The notes: generated by a model from the sequence alone, not told the origin. A stretch of 63,993 nt of DNA, filler included, from Octopus bimaculoides (GCF_001194135.2; 4 parts of 4 records of this genome joined end to end with filler, not necessarily neighbours in it); one strand, 5' to 3'. Counted from the whole stretch's first letter, positions 41,206 through 53,549 are shown. Numbers and translations: made by a program.

Positions 41206-41947
41206 ATAGTTCATAGATGAAATCCAAATGTTATGCGTATAGAATACACTTAGTAGTGCTCAAGAGCTGGTATAGAGATAAATGTAGGGAGAGCGAGTTA
41301 GACAGATCAATATATAAAGTATATTAACTTGCTCTCCTTACATATATATATGTATATATATATATATATATATNNNNNNNNNNNNNNNNNNNNNNNNNNN
41401 NNNNNNNNNNNNNNNNNNNNNNNNNNNNNNNNNNNNNNNNNNNNNNNNNNNNNNNNNNNNNNNNNNNNNNNNNNNNNNNNNNNNNNNNNNNNNNNNNNNN
41501 NNNNNNNNNNNNNNNNNNNNNNNNNNNNNNNNNNNNNNNNNNNNNNNNNNNNNNNNNNNNNNNNNNNNNNNNNNNNNNNNNNNNNNNNNNNNNNNNNNNN
41601 NNNNNNNNNNNNNNNNNNNNNNNNNNNNNNNNNNNNNNNNNNNNNNNNNNNNNNNNNNNNNNNNNNNNNNNNNNNNNNNNNNNNNNNNNNNNNNNNNNNN
41701 NNNNNNNNNNNNNNNNNNNNNNNNNNNNNNNNNNNNNNNNNNNNNNNNNNNNNNNNNNNNNNNNNNNNNNNNNNNNNNNNNNNNNNNNNNNNNNNNNNNN
41801 NNNNNNNNNNNNNNNNNNNNNNNNNNNNNNNNNNNNNNNNNNNNNNNNNNNNNNNNNNNNNNNNTATGTATGTATGTATGTATGTATGTATGTATGTATG
41901 TATCTATCAATCTATCTATCTATCTATCATCTATGTATCTATCTGTC

Positions 41948-41992
<45 letters not shown>

Positions 41993-42710
41993 GCAATCTA
42001 TCCATCTGTCATTATCTATCTATTTCTATATGCATGCAAACAAACAAACAAACACACACACACACATACACACACACATACACACACACACACATATGCA
42101 TACACAAGTGTGTGTAAGTATGACCATGTACATGCGTGCACCTGTTTGCCTGAAATTATATATAACAGAAGGTGTACCAAAGCGTTAAGTGGAGTTTACA
42201 CATTTACTTGCATCGAAGCTGAAGTATTTCACTGTATTCTCAGATTTCCTTTCTGATTAGCATTTAACACTCACTAAAAGCCAGACACACAAAAGCATAC
42301 ACAAATAAACACATATATTCTGCTGAGGGTTTTGGACATACGTATGCATACAGTTACATAATATGTGCGGTTTTGAACATTAAAGAACACTTCGTCAGAC
42401 TTACTTGAAAGGTTCCGTCTTACATTGGCACAATATACGAGTGCGCCTTTGATGCAAATCTGACGAAGTTCCGCTTTAATGTTTGAGACGGCAAATACTA
42501 TGTAACTTTTCATATGGATCTTTGGCGTTAAAAACAGACTTGGTACAGAAACAATTGTAACTGATCATTAAAGAAGTGATGACACTCTTCGTGTCATCTT
42601 ATTTCGATGATATAGATATATACATGTGTGTGCGCACGCAGATGTGTATGTAGGTGTGTGTGTTTGAGTGTGTGTGTGTGTGTGTTTGTGTGTCTGTGTA
42701 TGTGTGTTAT

Positions 42711-42940
42711 TTCTTTACTACCCACAAGGGGCTACACACAGAGGGGACAAACAAAGACAGACAAACGGATTAAGTCGATTAATATCGACCCCAGTGCGTA
42801 ACTGGTACTTATTTGATAGAGTTCGAAGAGATAAAAGGCAAAGTCGACCTCGGCGGAATTTGAACTCAGAACGTAGCGGCAGACGAAATACCGCTAAGCA
42901 TTTCGCCAGGCGTGCTAACGTTTCTGCCAGCTCGCCGCCT
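42711..42940 (-). mobile_element. SINE family B, full length, near consensus
   Basis: Minus strand: aggcggcgagctggcagaaacgttagcacgcc...ctgagttcaaattccgccgaggtcgac...; tRNA-like A/B boxes; alternative tail ending agccccttgtgggtagtaaagaaata. Confidence 0.88.
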
Positions 42941-43299
42941 TTTTGTCTGTGTATGTGTGTCTGTGAATCCGTATATATATGGAAGTATTTGTGTTCGTCT
43001 AACGTCACTTGTAGTTCTGTTTAACATCGAGGTAGTTATGTTCATTTCTGTGCAACCTACCTGTTTAGGCTAGTAATGTAGCTGTTTACTTGAAACAAAC
43101 CGACTCAGTAAGGGACTTAATATAATAACCGTGGTTGGTCAACTAAAAGTATTTTAAAGTTTGGACCCTAACAAATTCTCCGTCGAATGAATGAAAGAAC
43201 AGATTAATATATTATTACGAACTTTCATCCCAAAACTATTACGAGTGTTCAAAATTTACTAAAGGGTTTAGCCCAAAACAAGTCCGCCCTTCATCACTT

Positions 43300-43446
43300 G
43301 TAACCAGTGTTGGTGTGTTTACATTCTGTAACTTAGTGGATCGACCAAAGAGACAACTAGAATAAGTACCAAGCTTAAAAAATAAGTACCGGGGGTCGAT
43401 TCCCCTCGACTAAAAATTCCAGACAGTGCCCCAGCTTGACTGCAGC
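43300..43446 (+). mobile_element. SINE family A 3' half, divergent
   Basis: gtgttggtgtgtttac...aataagtacc...gggggtcgatt...ccccagc. Confidence 0.7.
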
Positions 43447-43469
43447 TTATATATATATATATATATATG

Positions 43470-43660
43470 GGAGAATATACAAAAAATAACAACAGACGAG
43501 GACAGGTGGTGTAAATAACAAAAGTATATATTAGTATGACGCTCGGGAATACGGAAAGTCTTTGACGTTTCGAGCTACGCTCTTCAACAGAAAGAATACG
43601 GAGACAAGGAGAAAAACACGGAGAAAAAAAATTGAATAGTGTTCAGTCAACGGTCAATCA
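43470..43660 (-). mobile_element. Penelope-like terminal-repeat fragment (family H2) with HHR-like motif at 43559-43595
   Basis: Minus strand: TCTTT CTGTTGA A GAG cgtag CTC GAA AC GT C AAAGA. Confidence 0.65.
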
Positions 43661-44187
43661 TAATATATATATATATATATATATACATACGTACACTCAC
43701 ACACACATATATATATGCACACACACAAACATATATATACGTATATATGCACATATATACGCACATTTATATATACATATATATGCAGATATATATGTAT
43801 ATATATATATGTATATATATATGCATATATATGTATATATATATGCATATATATATAGATAGATAGATGCATATACATACATATACGTGTGTGTGTGTGT
43901 GTAAGAAAGAGGCGCTCGCGCACACGCACACGCAAATACAAACAAAGAGACACACACAGACACGCACCCACACCCACACGNNNNNNNNNNNNNNNNNNNN
44001 NNNNNNNNNNNNNNNNNNNNNNNNNNNNNNNNNNNNNNNNCACACACACACGAACACGCCCGCGCACACACACACATACACACACACACCCAATCTCATG
44101 CATGCGTCTGTGCATTTGTTCAAGTTTTCTGAATGTTTCTTTTATACTGCTTCTCAATACAAGCATCCGGGTGATAAACTTCACTTC

Positions 44188-44231
<44 letters not shown>

Positions 44232-44574
44232 TAAATTCACATGAAAATATTCATAAGCAGACAGACGTACTTTTAAGCACGAGCACTTACATAAACNNNN
44301 NNNNNNNNNNNNNNNNNNNNNNNNNNNNNNNNNNNNNNNNTTAATTAATTAANNNNNNNNNNNNNNNNNNNNNNNNNNNNNNNNNNNNNNNNNNNNTGAA
44401 GTTATGCATAAAAGAAAAAAGTAAAGTTTTTTTCCAGCACACTCGCTAAGCTAATGAAACGTTAGACGGATCATGTGACTTTTAAGAGAAGCAAACATTG
44501 TTTGGCTGCAATACTTCCCCAACTAGACAGGAAGGCGTGTCACTGTGACCAAATGCTGTGATTATGTTTTTATC

Positions 44575-45047
44575 TCTTATTTTTGACCTATTTTAGTCAT
44601 TGAACTGTGGCAACGCTGGAGCATCATCTCGAAGGGTTTTAGTCGAACTAATCGGCCCTAGTACTTTTTTTTTTTTTCTTTCTTTTAAGACCAGTATTTA
44701 TTCTATGTTTTCCGCTAAGTTACAGGGAGATAAACTAACCAACTTCAATAGTCAAGCTGCGGCTGAGAGGGTGACAAACACAGACTGAAAGGCATAAAAA
44801 GATGGACACATGCGCTCGCGCACACACGCACACGCTTACACACACACACACAAACAAACAAACACAAGCAGATACACACACGACAAGCTTCCACGCATTT
44901 TCCGCCTTCCAAATTCACTCACAAGGTATTGGTCAACCCAGGGCTATAGTAGAAGAGACTTGCCTAAAGTACCACGCAGTGGAACTGAACCTAGAACCAA
45001 GTGGTTGCAAAGCGAGTTTCTTAACCACACAGCCATACCTGCGCCTA
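44575..45047 (-). mobile_element. SINE family A, full length, divergent
   Basis: All modules recognisable; (CA)n in the usual position. Confidence 0.8.
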
Positions 45048-45410
45048 TTCTCTGATTATGTTGTAATAATAAATGTATTGAACAATTGTGTCTCCCAAAT
45101 TTTGTGGAGCAGAAAGGAATAATGTTCTTAGCTGACGTGGGTGATTTGTTATGAATTAGCAAAGGTAGTTCCGTAGATGCTGGTGTGATAGCAGGCACAA
45201 TACTTTTTGTAGGGTTCAAACCAGCGCTGAATTAACCTTTAAGCAAAATAAGTACTTGCTTAGGATATGAAAGGGAGGGGGATATCACAGAAATGGTAAA
45301 TGCTTTACGGTACAAAAGAAATCACTTTAAACTTGCTAAAGTAAACATTATTGAGTGAGCCTTTCTAAATGCAGACATTGCTTTTCTTAAATTTTTAACT
45401 TTAATGGTCA

Positions 45411-45740
45411 TGTAGTAACGCCGTGCGCATGCGTAGTCTCAAGCATGCGTAGAATTAAACAAGCAAGCGTTCCCGCTCAATTCATTCTCTTTCTTGCTGG
45501 CCAGCAATAGAGCATGGACGTGTTAAGCTGTCTCTCTACATCTTTCGGACTTACGCTCGACAGCTCGCTCACATCTACATAACAACGTCCCAACAACTAT
45601 GCTCACACAATCAGAAGCTGTAACAACAAGAGCTAAAGATGTATATATTTACCACCTGAATAAATGTTGTTTAAGTTGATAGTCCGGAGTTCAGCGTTCC
45701 GTTATATTCTTTAATTTTATTTAGGAAAGTCAGGTATACA
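45411..45740. mobile_element. Possible solo LTR
   Basis: TGTA...TACA termini, 330 bp, AATAAA near 45659; no target-site duplication found. Confidence 0.3.
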
Positions 45741-45834
45741 TCTAATGATGTATAACCAACTTTCCTATAGTCACAAATTGCTCAGCTGAGCGTTCATTTT
45801 CTAACCGGAAGTATATTAAATATCCCATCAGAAC

Positions 45835-46431
45835 TGGAACTCTGTCGGTTACGACGACAGGGGTTCCAGTCGATCCGATTAACGGAACAGCCTGCTCGTG
45901 AAATTAACGTGCAAGTGGCTGAGCACTCCACAGACACGGGTACTCTTAATGTAGTTCCCAGGGAGATTCATCGTGAGGCAGAATGTGACAAGGCTGGCCT
46001 TTTGAAATACAGATACTACTCAGTTTTGATAGCTGAGGGGGCTGAAGTAACGTGAAATACAGTAAGGACACAACACGCTGNNNNNNNNNNNNNNNNNNNN
46101 NNNNNNNNNNNNNNNNNNNNNNNNNNNNNNNNNNNNNNNNNGGGGTTCCAGTCGATCCGATTAACGGAACAGCCTGCTCGTGAAATTAACGTGCAAGTGG
46201 CTGAGCACTCCACAGACACGGGTACTCTTAATGTAGTTCCCAGGGAGATTCATCGTGAGGCAGAATGTGACAAGGCTGGCCTTTTGAAATACAGATACTA
46301 CTCAGTTTTGATAGCTGAGGGGGCTGAAGTAACGTGAAATACAGTAAGGACACAACACGCTGACGGGAACCGAACTCATGACCTTTCGCTAGTGAGCCAA
46401 ATACCCTAACCACTAAGCCACGCGCCTTCAC
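45835..46431 (-). mobile_element. SINE family C with 11-bp TSD; interior duplicated across an N gap (assembly artefact)
   Basis: TSD cccatcagaac at 45824-45834 and 46432-46442. Head gtgaaggcgcgtggcttagtggttaggg...gagttcggttccc. The ~220 bp before the gap at 46081-46141 is repeated identically after it. Confidence 0.85.
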
Positions 46432-46759
46432 CCCATCAGAACAAGTATGCAACAAGGCAGGCCAGATGCTTTATCTCAGCGAAGTATAGAAGTAGATATG
46501 TTACCTAAGATTAATTTAAGACTTTGCAATTAAAAGAAGGAGGAGAAAACTTTTCAAATATAAATGAAGTGGAAGTATACAAAAAGAAACATTATTTCCC
46601 TCTTAATGTTAGTTTTGTTTAATTTTGAAAAATAGAAAATTATTTCATGGTTTGTTATTGTTCATATTTTCAATTACATATATATATGGGGGCACCAAAA
46701 TTTTGAAAGTGTTTAGGGTTTCTACGGGTCTTGATCCGGCCCTGGTTCAGTCAACGGGT

Positions 46760-47200
46760 TTCTTCAAAGAAAGCTGGTGTTAAATGATCTCTGCTGATAG
46801 AGTCATCCTGTCCAGTTATTTCTCCAGCACGAAATGTTCATGTCCCCTTTGAATAACTTTGAAGAGGTCTGTATACGGCGCTTGTAGAAGTTTTGGAATC
46901 GTATCTCTGCGAACGAAAACGCCCGAGGAAGTAACTAATTCAGCAGGACAGTGAATGTTAACGTTTTGGTGTTGAGAGATAATTGGTGGCACCTTCGCCG
47001 TGAAACTTTGCGAAAGATATACGAATTGAGATGGGCGAGTCCTCTGCTGATGTTGTGTTAACAGAAGCAATCATCTGTCCAGGTAATTTCAGCCAAAAAA
47101 GACATAAAACCACTTTATTTTTATCCCCGCCTCTCTCTTTAGCATCTGATTCTTGCCTTTTTCTTTTATTCTTCGCTTCTGCTACATGCAGATGCAATAT
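46760..47200 (-). pseudogene. Ty3/gypsy integrase C-terminal remnant
   Basis: LKLPGQMI..., VFVRRDTIPKLLQAPYTDLFKVIQRGHEHFVLE, ITGQDDSISRDHLTPAF match the gypsy GPF/Y module (VFVRRD...PYDGPFKV...SIDRLKPA). Confidence 0.75.
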
Positions 47201-47851
47201 AAAGGATTTTGGCCTGCTGATAATTGTTCTTTGAGAAGAAACCTAACTTCAAGCTGTCTTTTACAGATCACTTTTTACGCAGTTTTCGAAACCTGAGAAA
47301 AATAAGTAGAGGTGCAAATTTTGATTTTGTACCCCTAAACAATTTTAGGAGGTGCACTTGCACCTCCTGCATTCCCTGTTCCCGGGCCCATGTACCGGGC
47401 TACGAATTTCGGCATAGAAGTACAGCGTAGAGTTTGTTAGCTTGTAATTCGGAGCCACGCTCAACAAGTGAAAACTAATTTCGTCTGTCTTCTCAATCGA
47501 GGGAATAAATGGCGTTGTGATACTCATCGTTTTACAGTAGACTTACATCTTTGCGATTTATGCGTGCGAAAAACCGATCTGTTTGAATGCGTAACACAGC
47601 TTCGGTAATTCTTTGAAGGCATTGTTTTCTGTTATTCAATCCTTTTCTTGTGAGAAAAACATTTTCTTTCATTATTCTTTTCATTATACTTTTATTTGAG
47701 AAAAATTCATTTTTCTTTCACTAAATTCATATAATTTTCTTACAATAATAATAAAAAAAACTAAGAAGGACCTGTATTGTTCTCATGGCAACAGATAGTT
47801 GTGACTTCGGTAAGTCAGCCATAAAGGTTTTCAACCGGCTAAAACTACATT

Positions 47852-48020
47852 ATTTGCCAAACCGCTAAGTTACGTGGACATAAACACACCAACATCGGTC
47901 GCCGAGGCTTTGTCTGGCCTGAGTCTATAGTAGAAGACACTTGCTGAAGGTGCCACGCAGTGGTACTGAACCCGGGACCTTGTGGTTGGGAAGCAAGCTT
48001 CTTACCACACACAGCCACGC
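47852..48020 (-). mobile_element. SINE family A, internally deleted (microsatellite module removed)
   Basis: Head joined directly to aacaccaacatcggt body. Confidence 0.8.
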
Positions 48021-49477
48021 TTTTATATATNNNNNNNNNNNNNNNNNNNNNNNNNNNNNNNNNNNNNNNNNNNNNNNNNNNNNNNNNNNNNNNNNNNNNN
48101 NNNNNNNNNNNNNNNNNNNNNNNNNNNNNNNNNNNNNNNNNNNNNNNNNNNNNNNNNNNNNNNNNNNNNNNNNNNNNNNNNNNNNNNNNNNNNNNNNNNN
48201 NNNNNNNNNNNNNNNNNNNNNNNNNNNNNNNNNNNNNNNNNNNNNNNNNNNNNNNNNNNNNNNNNNNNNNNNNNNNNNNNNNNNNNNNNNNNNNNNNNNN
48301 NNNNNNNNNNNNNNNNNNNNNNNNNNNNNNNNNNNNNNNNNNNNNNNNNNNNNNNNNNNNNNNNNNNNNNNNNNNNNNNNNNNNNNNNNNNNNNNNNNNN
48401 NNNNNNNNNNNNNNNNNNNNNNNNNNNNNNNNNNNNNNNNNNNNNNNNNNNNNNNNNNNNNNNNNNNNNNNNNNNNNNNNNNNNNNNNNNNNNNNNNNNN
48501 NNNNNNNNNNNNNNNNNNNNNNNNNNNNNNNNNNNNNNNNNNNNNNNNNNNNNNNNNNNNNNNNNNNNNNNNNNNNNNNNNNNNNNNNNNNNNNNNNNNN
48601 NNNNNNNNNNNNNNNNNNNNNNNNNNNNNNNNNNNNNNNNNNNNNNNNNNNNNNNNNNNNNNNNNNNNNNNNNNNNNNNNNNNNNNNNNNNNNNNNNNNN
48701 NNNNNNNNNNNNNNNNNNNNNNNNNNNNNNNNNNNNNNNNNNNNNNNNNNNNNNNNNNNNNNNNNNNNNNNNNNNNNNNNNNNNNNNNNNNNNNNNNNNN
48801 NNNNNNNNNNNNNNNNNNNNNNNNNNNNNNNNNNNNNNNNNNNNNNNNNNNNNNNNNNNNNNNNNNNNNNNNNNNNNAATATGTGTATGTATGTATTATG
48901 CATTATGTGTGTGCGTGCGTGTAAGATATCGTTTCTTGGATTCATAGTCAAGAATCGATACCTTAACCTAGATTTTCCTCCGACATCTTTTGTTTCGACG
49001 TTAGTACTCGGAAATTTACGAGGTCATCTGTCAAGCTTATCTTGGTTCCTTTGTTTGAGCTGAAATTCTATGCCGTTTTGAGGTTATGATAGATAAGGTA
49101 TATACATTCCTTTGTTCCTGAACATCCATTCAGTTCTTCTCATAGGTTTAGGAACTCCGAGAGAACATCACGGTCAGTATATTTTCGCTTCCACATGCCG
49201 TACAGCTTCGCTTTCCAGCAAGCAACTTTTCCTAACTGACACATCCCTAAGGGTATGCGAGTATTTATTTATGTCTTTCTGCCTGAACTACTAAACTGCT
49301 GACTCCTGCTATAGCCTTGTATACTGTATATGTACGAATAAAAACGGTAAACAATATCTTTCTTTTCCTTTTTGATTATTATGCTGTCTTGAGAACAATT
49401 TAATCATAGCATAACCTGTTACATTTCGTGACACCGACGCAAAAAACAACTCTGTGTGTGTGTGTGGTGGATCTTGC

Positions 49478-49680
49478 AAGCATGGCGTAGATTCGATCCT
49501 AGATAGCCAAATTTAAATTAACAGTTCAACAGCTCTTTTCTCACGGTAAAACAATAGCCTTTCTGTGACAGTAGTTACATTTGCCAGATGCCTTAGTTAA
49601 GCAAAGTAATCTCTTCGCCACTTGACCTTTCTACCTCTTCTATTTCACCAATAGCTAGAATAGAGATATCACAGACCTCC
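49478..49680. repeat. Unclassified dispersed repeat (second copy at 63593-63745)
   Basis: gattcgat...ttcaacagc(t/g)cttttctca.g.taaaacaatag...tttctgtga...catt(t/tc)ccagatgcctt shared between the two loci. Confidence 0.7.
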
Positions 49681-50122
49681 AACGAAATCTATTGTTCTCA
49701 ACGATATGTCTATCCTTCTGGGTAGTTATAAAAACAAGAACCCCCAAGCAAAAAGGGAGTTAGTGAACGGACAGCTACTAAAGACCAATGGTCAGAGGGA
49801 AAAAGACAGTTATGATTAACCAACTATGAGGCACAACTTCCCTCGACTTTATATAACTTTCACTAGCTCAATTTCTTCGTTATCTCGTGTACTTTCCGAC
49901 TGTTTTTTAGACGCCTGCCCATCGTGGTTTGGTTTTAATAATATGTAATGAAGAAATAAATGTTATCTACAACTTAACCACTGTCTTTCTTTCTTGGAGT
50001 CAGGATCACCCTCATCATCATCGCCTTCCAATATATGCCTTAGCCATTACATATGTATGCATTATAAGAGTTCAGAGTTCAAATGAATCAGCTACTTAAA
50101 TTAACTACTAACCGAAGCAAGC

Positions 50123-51051
50123 GAATTCGGATCCTTCTGATTTGGCGGACACCATTTTTTATTTAGTTTTTATTTAGTGTGTTTTCTACCGAAACACTTT
50201 AAAACTTCGTATACTTATATATTTTGTCTTATAGAACAGAAAAAAAATTTTATATTCCAAGTTATTTCATGTTAAAAGTTGNNNNNNNNNNNNNNNNNNN
50301 NNNNNNNNNNNNNNNNNNNNNNNNNNNNNNNNNNNNNNNNNNNNNNNNNNNNNNNNNNNNNNNNNNNNNNNNNNNNNNNNNNNNNNNNNNNNNNNNNNNN
50401 NNNNNNNNNNNNNNNNNNNNNNNNNNNNNNNNNNNNAGTGCCGTTGTTTGTCAACAACAACTATCGGCAGTACTGTTATTTATGACATTGTTCGTGCGTT
50501 TGTATTAGTTTTAGCTTTAGGGTTTTAAGGTTAGGGTTCGGGTTTTAGGGTTAGGGTTCGGGTTTTAGGGTTCGGGTTATGAGTATTTTTGCCAAATTTG
50601 GTGAAAAATTTGTGGCGGTGTATTGAACAGATTTTCACCAAATTTGGCAAAAATAATCATAACCCTAACCCTAACTCTAAAACCCTAAAATCTTAAAGCT
50701 AAAACTAGTACAAACGCACGAATGATGTCATAAATAACAATACCGCGGATAGTTGTTGACAAACAACGGCACTAATTTTATTCAAGGGAAAAAATCCCAT
50801 TTCACCGCTACAACGTCTTGTTGACAATCCACAGCAGTAATTGTTTTCACCTCAACAGATGTCAGTAATTGGTTGAAATTACCGAAATACGACAATTTTA
50901 ACACGAAATAACTTTAATAATATAAACTTTTCTCAACAACACTAAGAGTGAAAGATGTTTTATATGACACATTCTACCAGTGTCCCAAGTTTGAAAGTGT
51001 TTCGTTAAGAAAACAAGTGGTATCCGCCAAATCAGAAAGATCCGCGAATTC
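50123..51051. mobile_element. Foldback/palindromic element with telomere-like repeats in both arms
   Basis: Terminal inverted repeats gaattc..ggatccttctgatttggcggacacca / tggtatccgccaaatcagaaagatccgcgaattc; arms homologous throughout; ~13-nt loop at 50614-50626; TTAGGG-like tract in the left arm, CCCTAA-like in the right. Confidence 0.85.
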
Positions 51052-52000
51052 CTTCTTTTGACTAATCAGGGAATCACGAAGTGACACAAACTGGTGACTT
51101 TTTGGGGGAATGTTTTAAATGTATCATTCATGTATATTCATTTGATGAAAACAGTTTTTTTCACATGATGTAATATCCCAGTTCATCAATTAAAAAATTC
51201 GTTGGAAGCACCTGTAGTGAATGAAACATTATCCATGTTATGTATATGTGTGTACTCTCGCGCGCTTGTGTAGAAAAGGATCAAAACTTAAGGTCGGTTT
51301 TCCCGGATACTGTGACATATATAGCAAGGCTTGGGAGAGAGCAGTGTTTATAGAGCGACGTAGAAGAGAGGTTGTAGTGATAGGTATAAATGTAGAGAAG
51401 AGGGAGGGTGGGAGAAAGAGAGGTATGTTATTATGTCAACTATCGGCATGAGATATAAATATATTGATCGTAAAATTAAGGGTGAGAAAGTGGGTGGGCA
51501 GACCAGTTCAAAGGAAACTCAATGGCTAATAAAATTAAGAATAAGAGAAACGGGACTATGTGGGTTAGTTCGAAAAGAAACTCATTAATCATGGTAGACT
51601 GGGGACGGGTACGAAAACGACAAAGAAATCCGCAACGCTATCAGGGTATAAAGATACGCTATAAATTGTATCAGCCCCGCCCTGCCTTGTAGTTGTTGAA
51701 ACATAAAACACAAAAGGGAGATAATCGCTTTCGCTGGACAAGAAACAGCACTTTCATCTTTGTATGTATGTATGTATGTATGTATGTATTATGTATGTAT
51801 TATGTATGTATGTATGTATGTGTGTGTGTGTATGCATGCATGCATGTATATATGTATGTGTGTATGTGTGTGCGCGCGCGCGTTTCGCTTTGTAATTTAG
51901 AGTAAATTTTGACCGGCCACTTAGTAGCAAGGTTGCAAAAGAAAGTTTTAACTATGTATGTATGTATGGATGTATGTATGTGAGTGTACGTATGTACACA

Positions 52001-52930
52001 AATAATGAGTGGTGTTCCCACATGGCACTGTCCTGGAGTCACTGTATTCATAGTGGTCCTTTCTCACATGCCCTCAACTGCTCAAGTAGCCACCCTTGCT
52101 AGCTATGCAGACGGTACAAATGTCTTTCAGAGGATACAGGATCCTGGAGACGCAGTGCAGCTACAGTGTGAGTTGGACGCAATATACAGGTGGGCTGAGG
52201 ACAACAACATGCAGTTTAATGCTGGAAAATACCAACACAAGAAGCTCAATGAAAAGCAGATTCCCGAATCAAAATCAGTGTTGATTTGGGCAACGACATG
52301 AGTAATGATACATCTTTGCAGGTGCACATTACCAAGTTGACAATAAAATGTAGACGTCTGGCCGGATGGATCCCTCGAACTTTCAAAACAAGAGAAAAAG
52401 AAACCATAAGGATCCTCTGGAGGACTTTCGTTTTCAGCCGTTTGGATTACTGAAAGAGTTAAGATTCTACTTCCTAGGGCGAAGGAGGGAAAGATATGCA
52501 GTAACATACATCTGGAAAATCCTAGAAAAACGTGCCACGCTTAGGTATTGTCATTTACATTAATAGCAGGACGGGGCGCCACTGCATAGTACCAAAAACC
52601 CCAACATTGCCACCAGGATACTGAACCAGATATTGCAACAGCTTGGGCCTCAAAGATCCACAGCTCTTCAATAGCCTCCCACAAAGCCTGAGAGACCTGC
52701 ATGGAATGGTTGTAGGCTTTTAAAAAACAAAACTGGATCTCTTTCTGTTAAGATGAACTACCTCAAGGCAAGAAACACAGATGAGTGCAGCAATGTCAAA
52801 CTCTCTCATCCACCAAATGTGAATTCACATTCACTAAACCTCATCAGAGGAGGTTTAGTGAATGTGTAGCAAAGTAAACGGCGGGGCCCCAGCATGGCCG
52901 CAGTCCTTGGGCTTAAACTAAAGAGAGAAA
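52001..52930 (+). pseudogene. 5'-truncated CR1-type LINE (RT C-terminal half + 3' UTR)
   Basis: SGVPHGTVL..LFIVVLS, ASYADGTNVF (YADD-like), IYRWAEDNNMQFNAGK, RRRERYAVTYIWKILEK, GLKDPQLFNSLPQSLRDL. Confidence 0.85.
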
Positions 52931-52974
52931 AATGTATACATGCATACATCTATATATGTATGTATGTATGTATG

Positions 52975-53549
52975 TTGTTCACTCTTTCTCTTAATTTTTA
53001 GTTTATTTTTGACCGGCCATCTTCCCAGTGGCAAGGTTGTAATGAAATGGAAATTGTCATCGTCTCTTATGGAAGTGTTTATCCTTTGAATCTTAAGAAC
53101 GTTTTACAAATTTTAAAGGTTCCAGATATCGCGACCATTTGTAGTTCATGAATTAAGGATCCACCTTCTTTCTCCCCAAATACAAGTTCAGTTATATTTT
53201 GGTCCAGGCTGAATGTGTATCTTGAATACTGAATTTGCAAACTTTTCATCAATGGTCTGTAGTTATTTACGTTCTCTTGCATTTTTCTTACCCCACTGGC
53301 ATCAAATGAACAGCTGATTTCTACGACAGAACATTTTTGATGTGTAGTTCCAAGCAACAATACCAGGCCGGTTGTGTTTTAATTTGGTGGCAGTTTTTTT
53401 TTTAGATTCCTTCGCTAACATATTATGTCTCATGAGGGGGGGGGGAAGACATTCCTTCACTGTTAGCAATAACGTGGCTAATGTCTTCAATCTTTGTTTT
53501 GCACAGTCTACATTTACTGTCAACTGATGACCTTCCTCTTTTGTGCAGT
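52975..53549 (-). pseudogene. REL-endonuclease LINE 3' fragment (R4-like), 3' end followed by (CATA)n
   Basis: Minus strand: CRLCKTKIEDISHVIAN (zinc knuckle), RHNMLAK, KLKHNRPGIVAW, CSVVEISCSFD. Confidence 0.8.

Noticed and set aside
45860-46342. Perfect ~220-bp direct repeat resembling LTRs or a tandem duplication
   Set aside because: Identical copies on either side of a 61-N gap inside one SINE with a single TSD; best explained as unmerged contig overlap.
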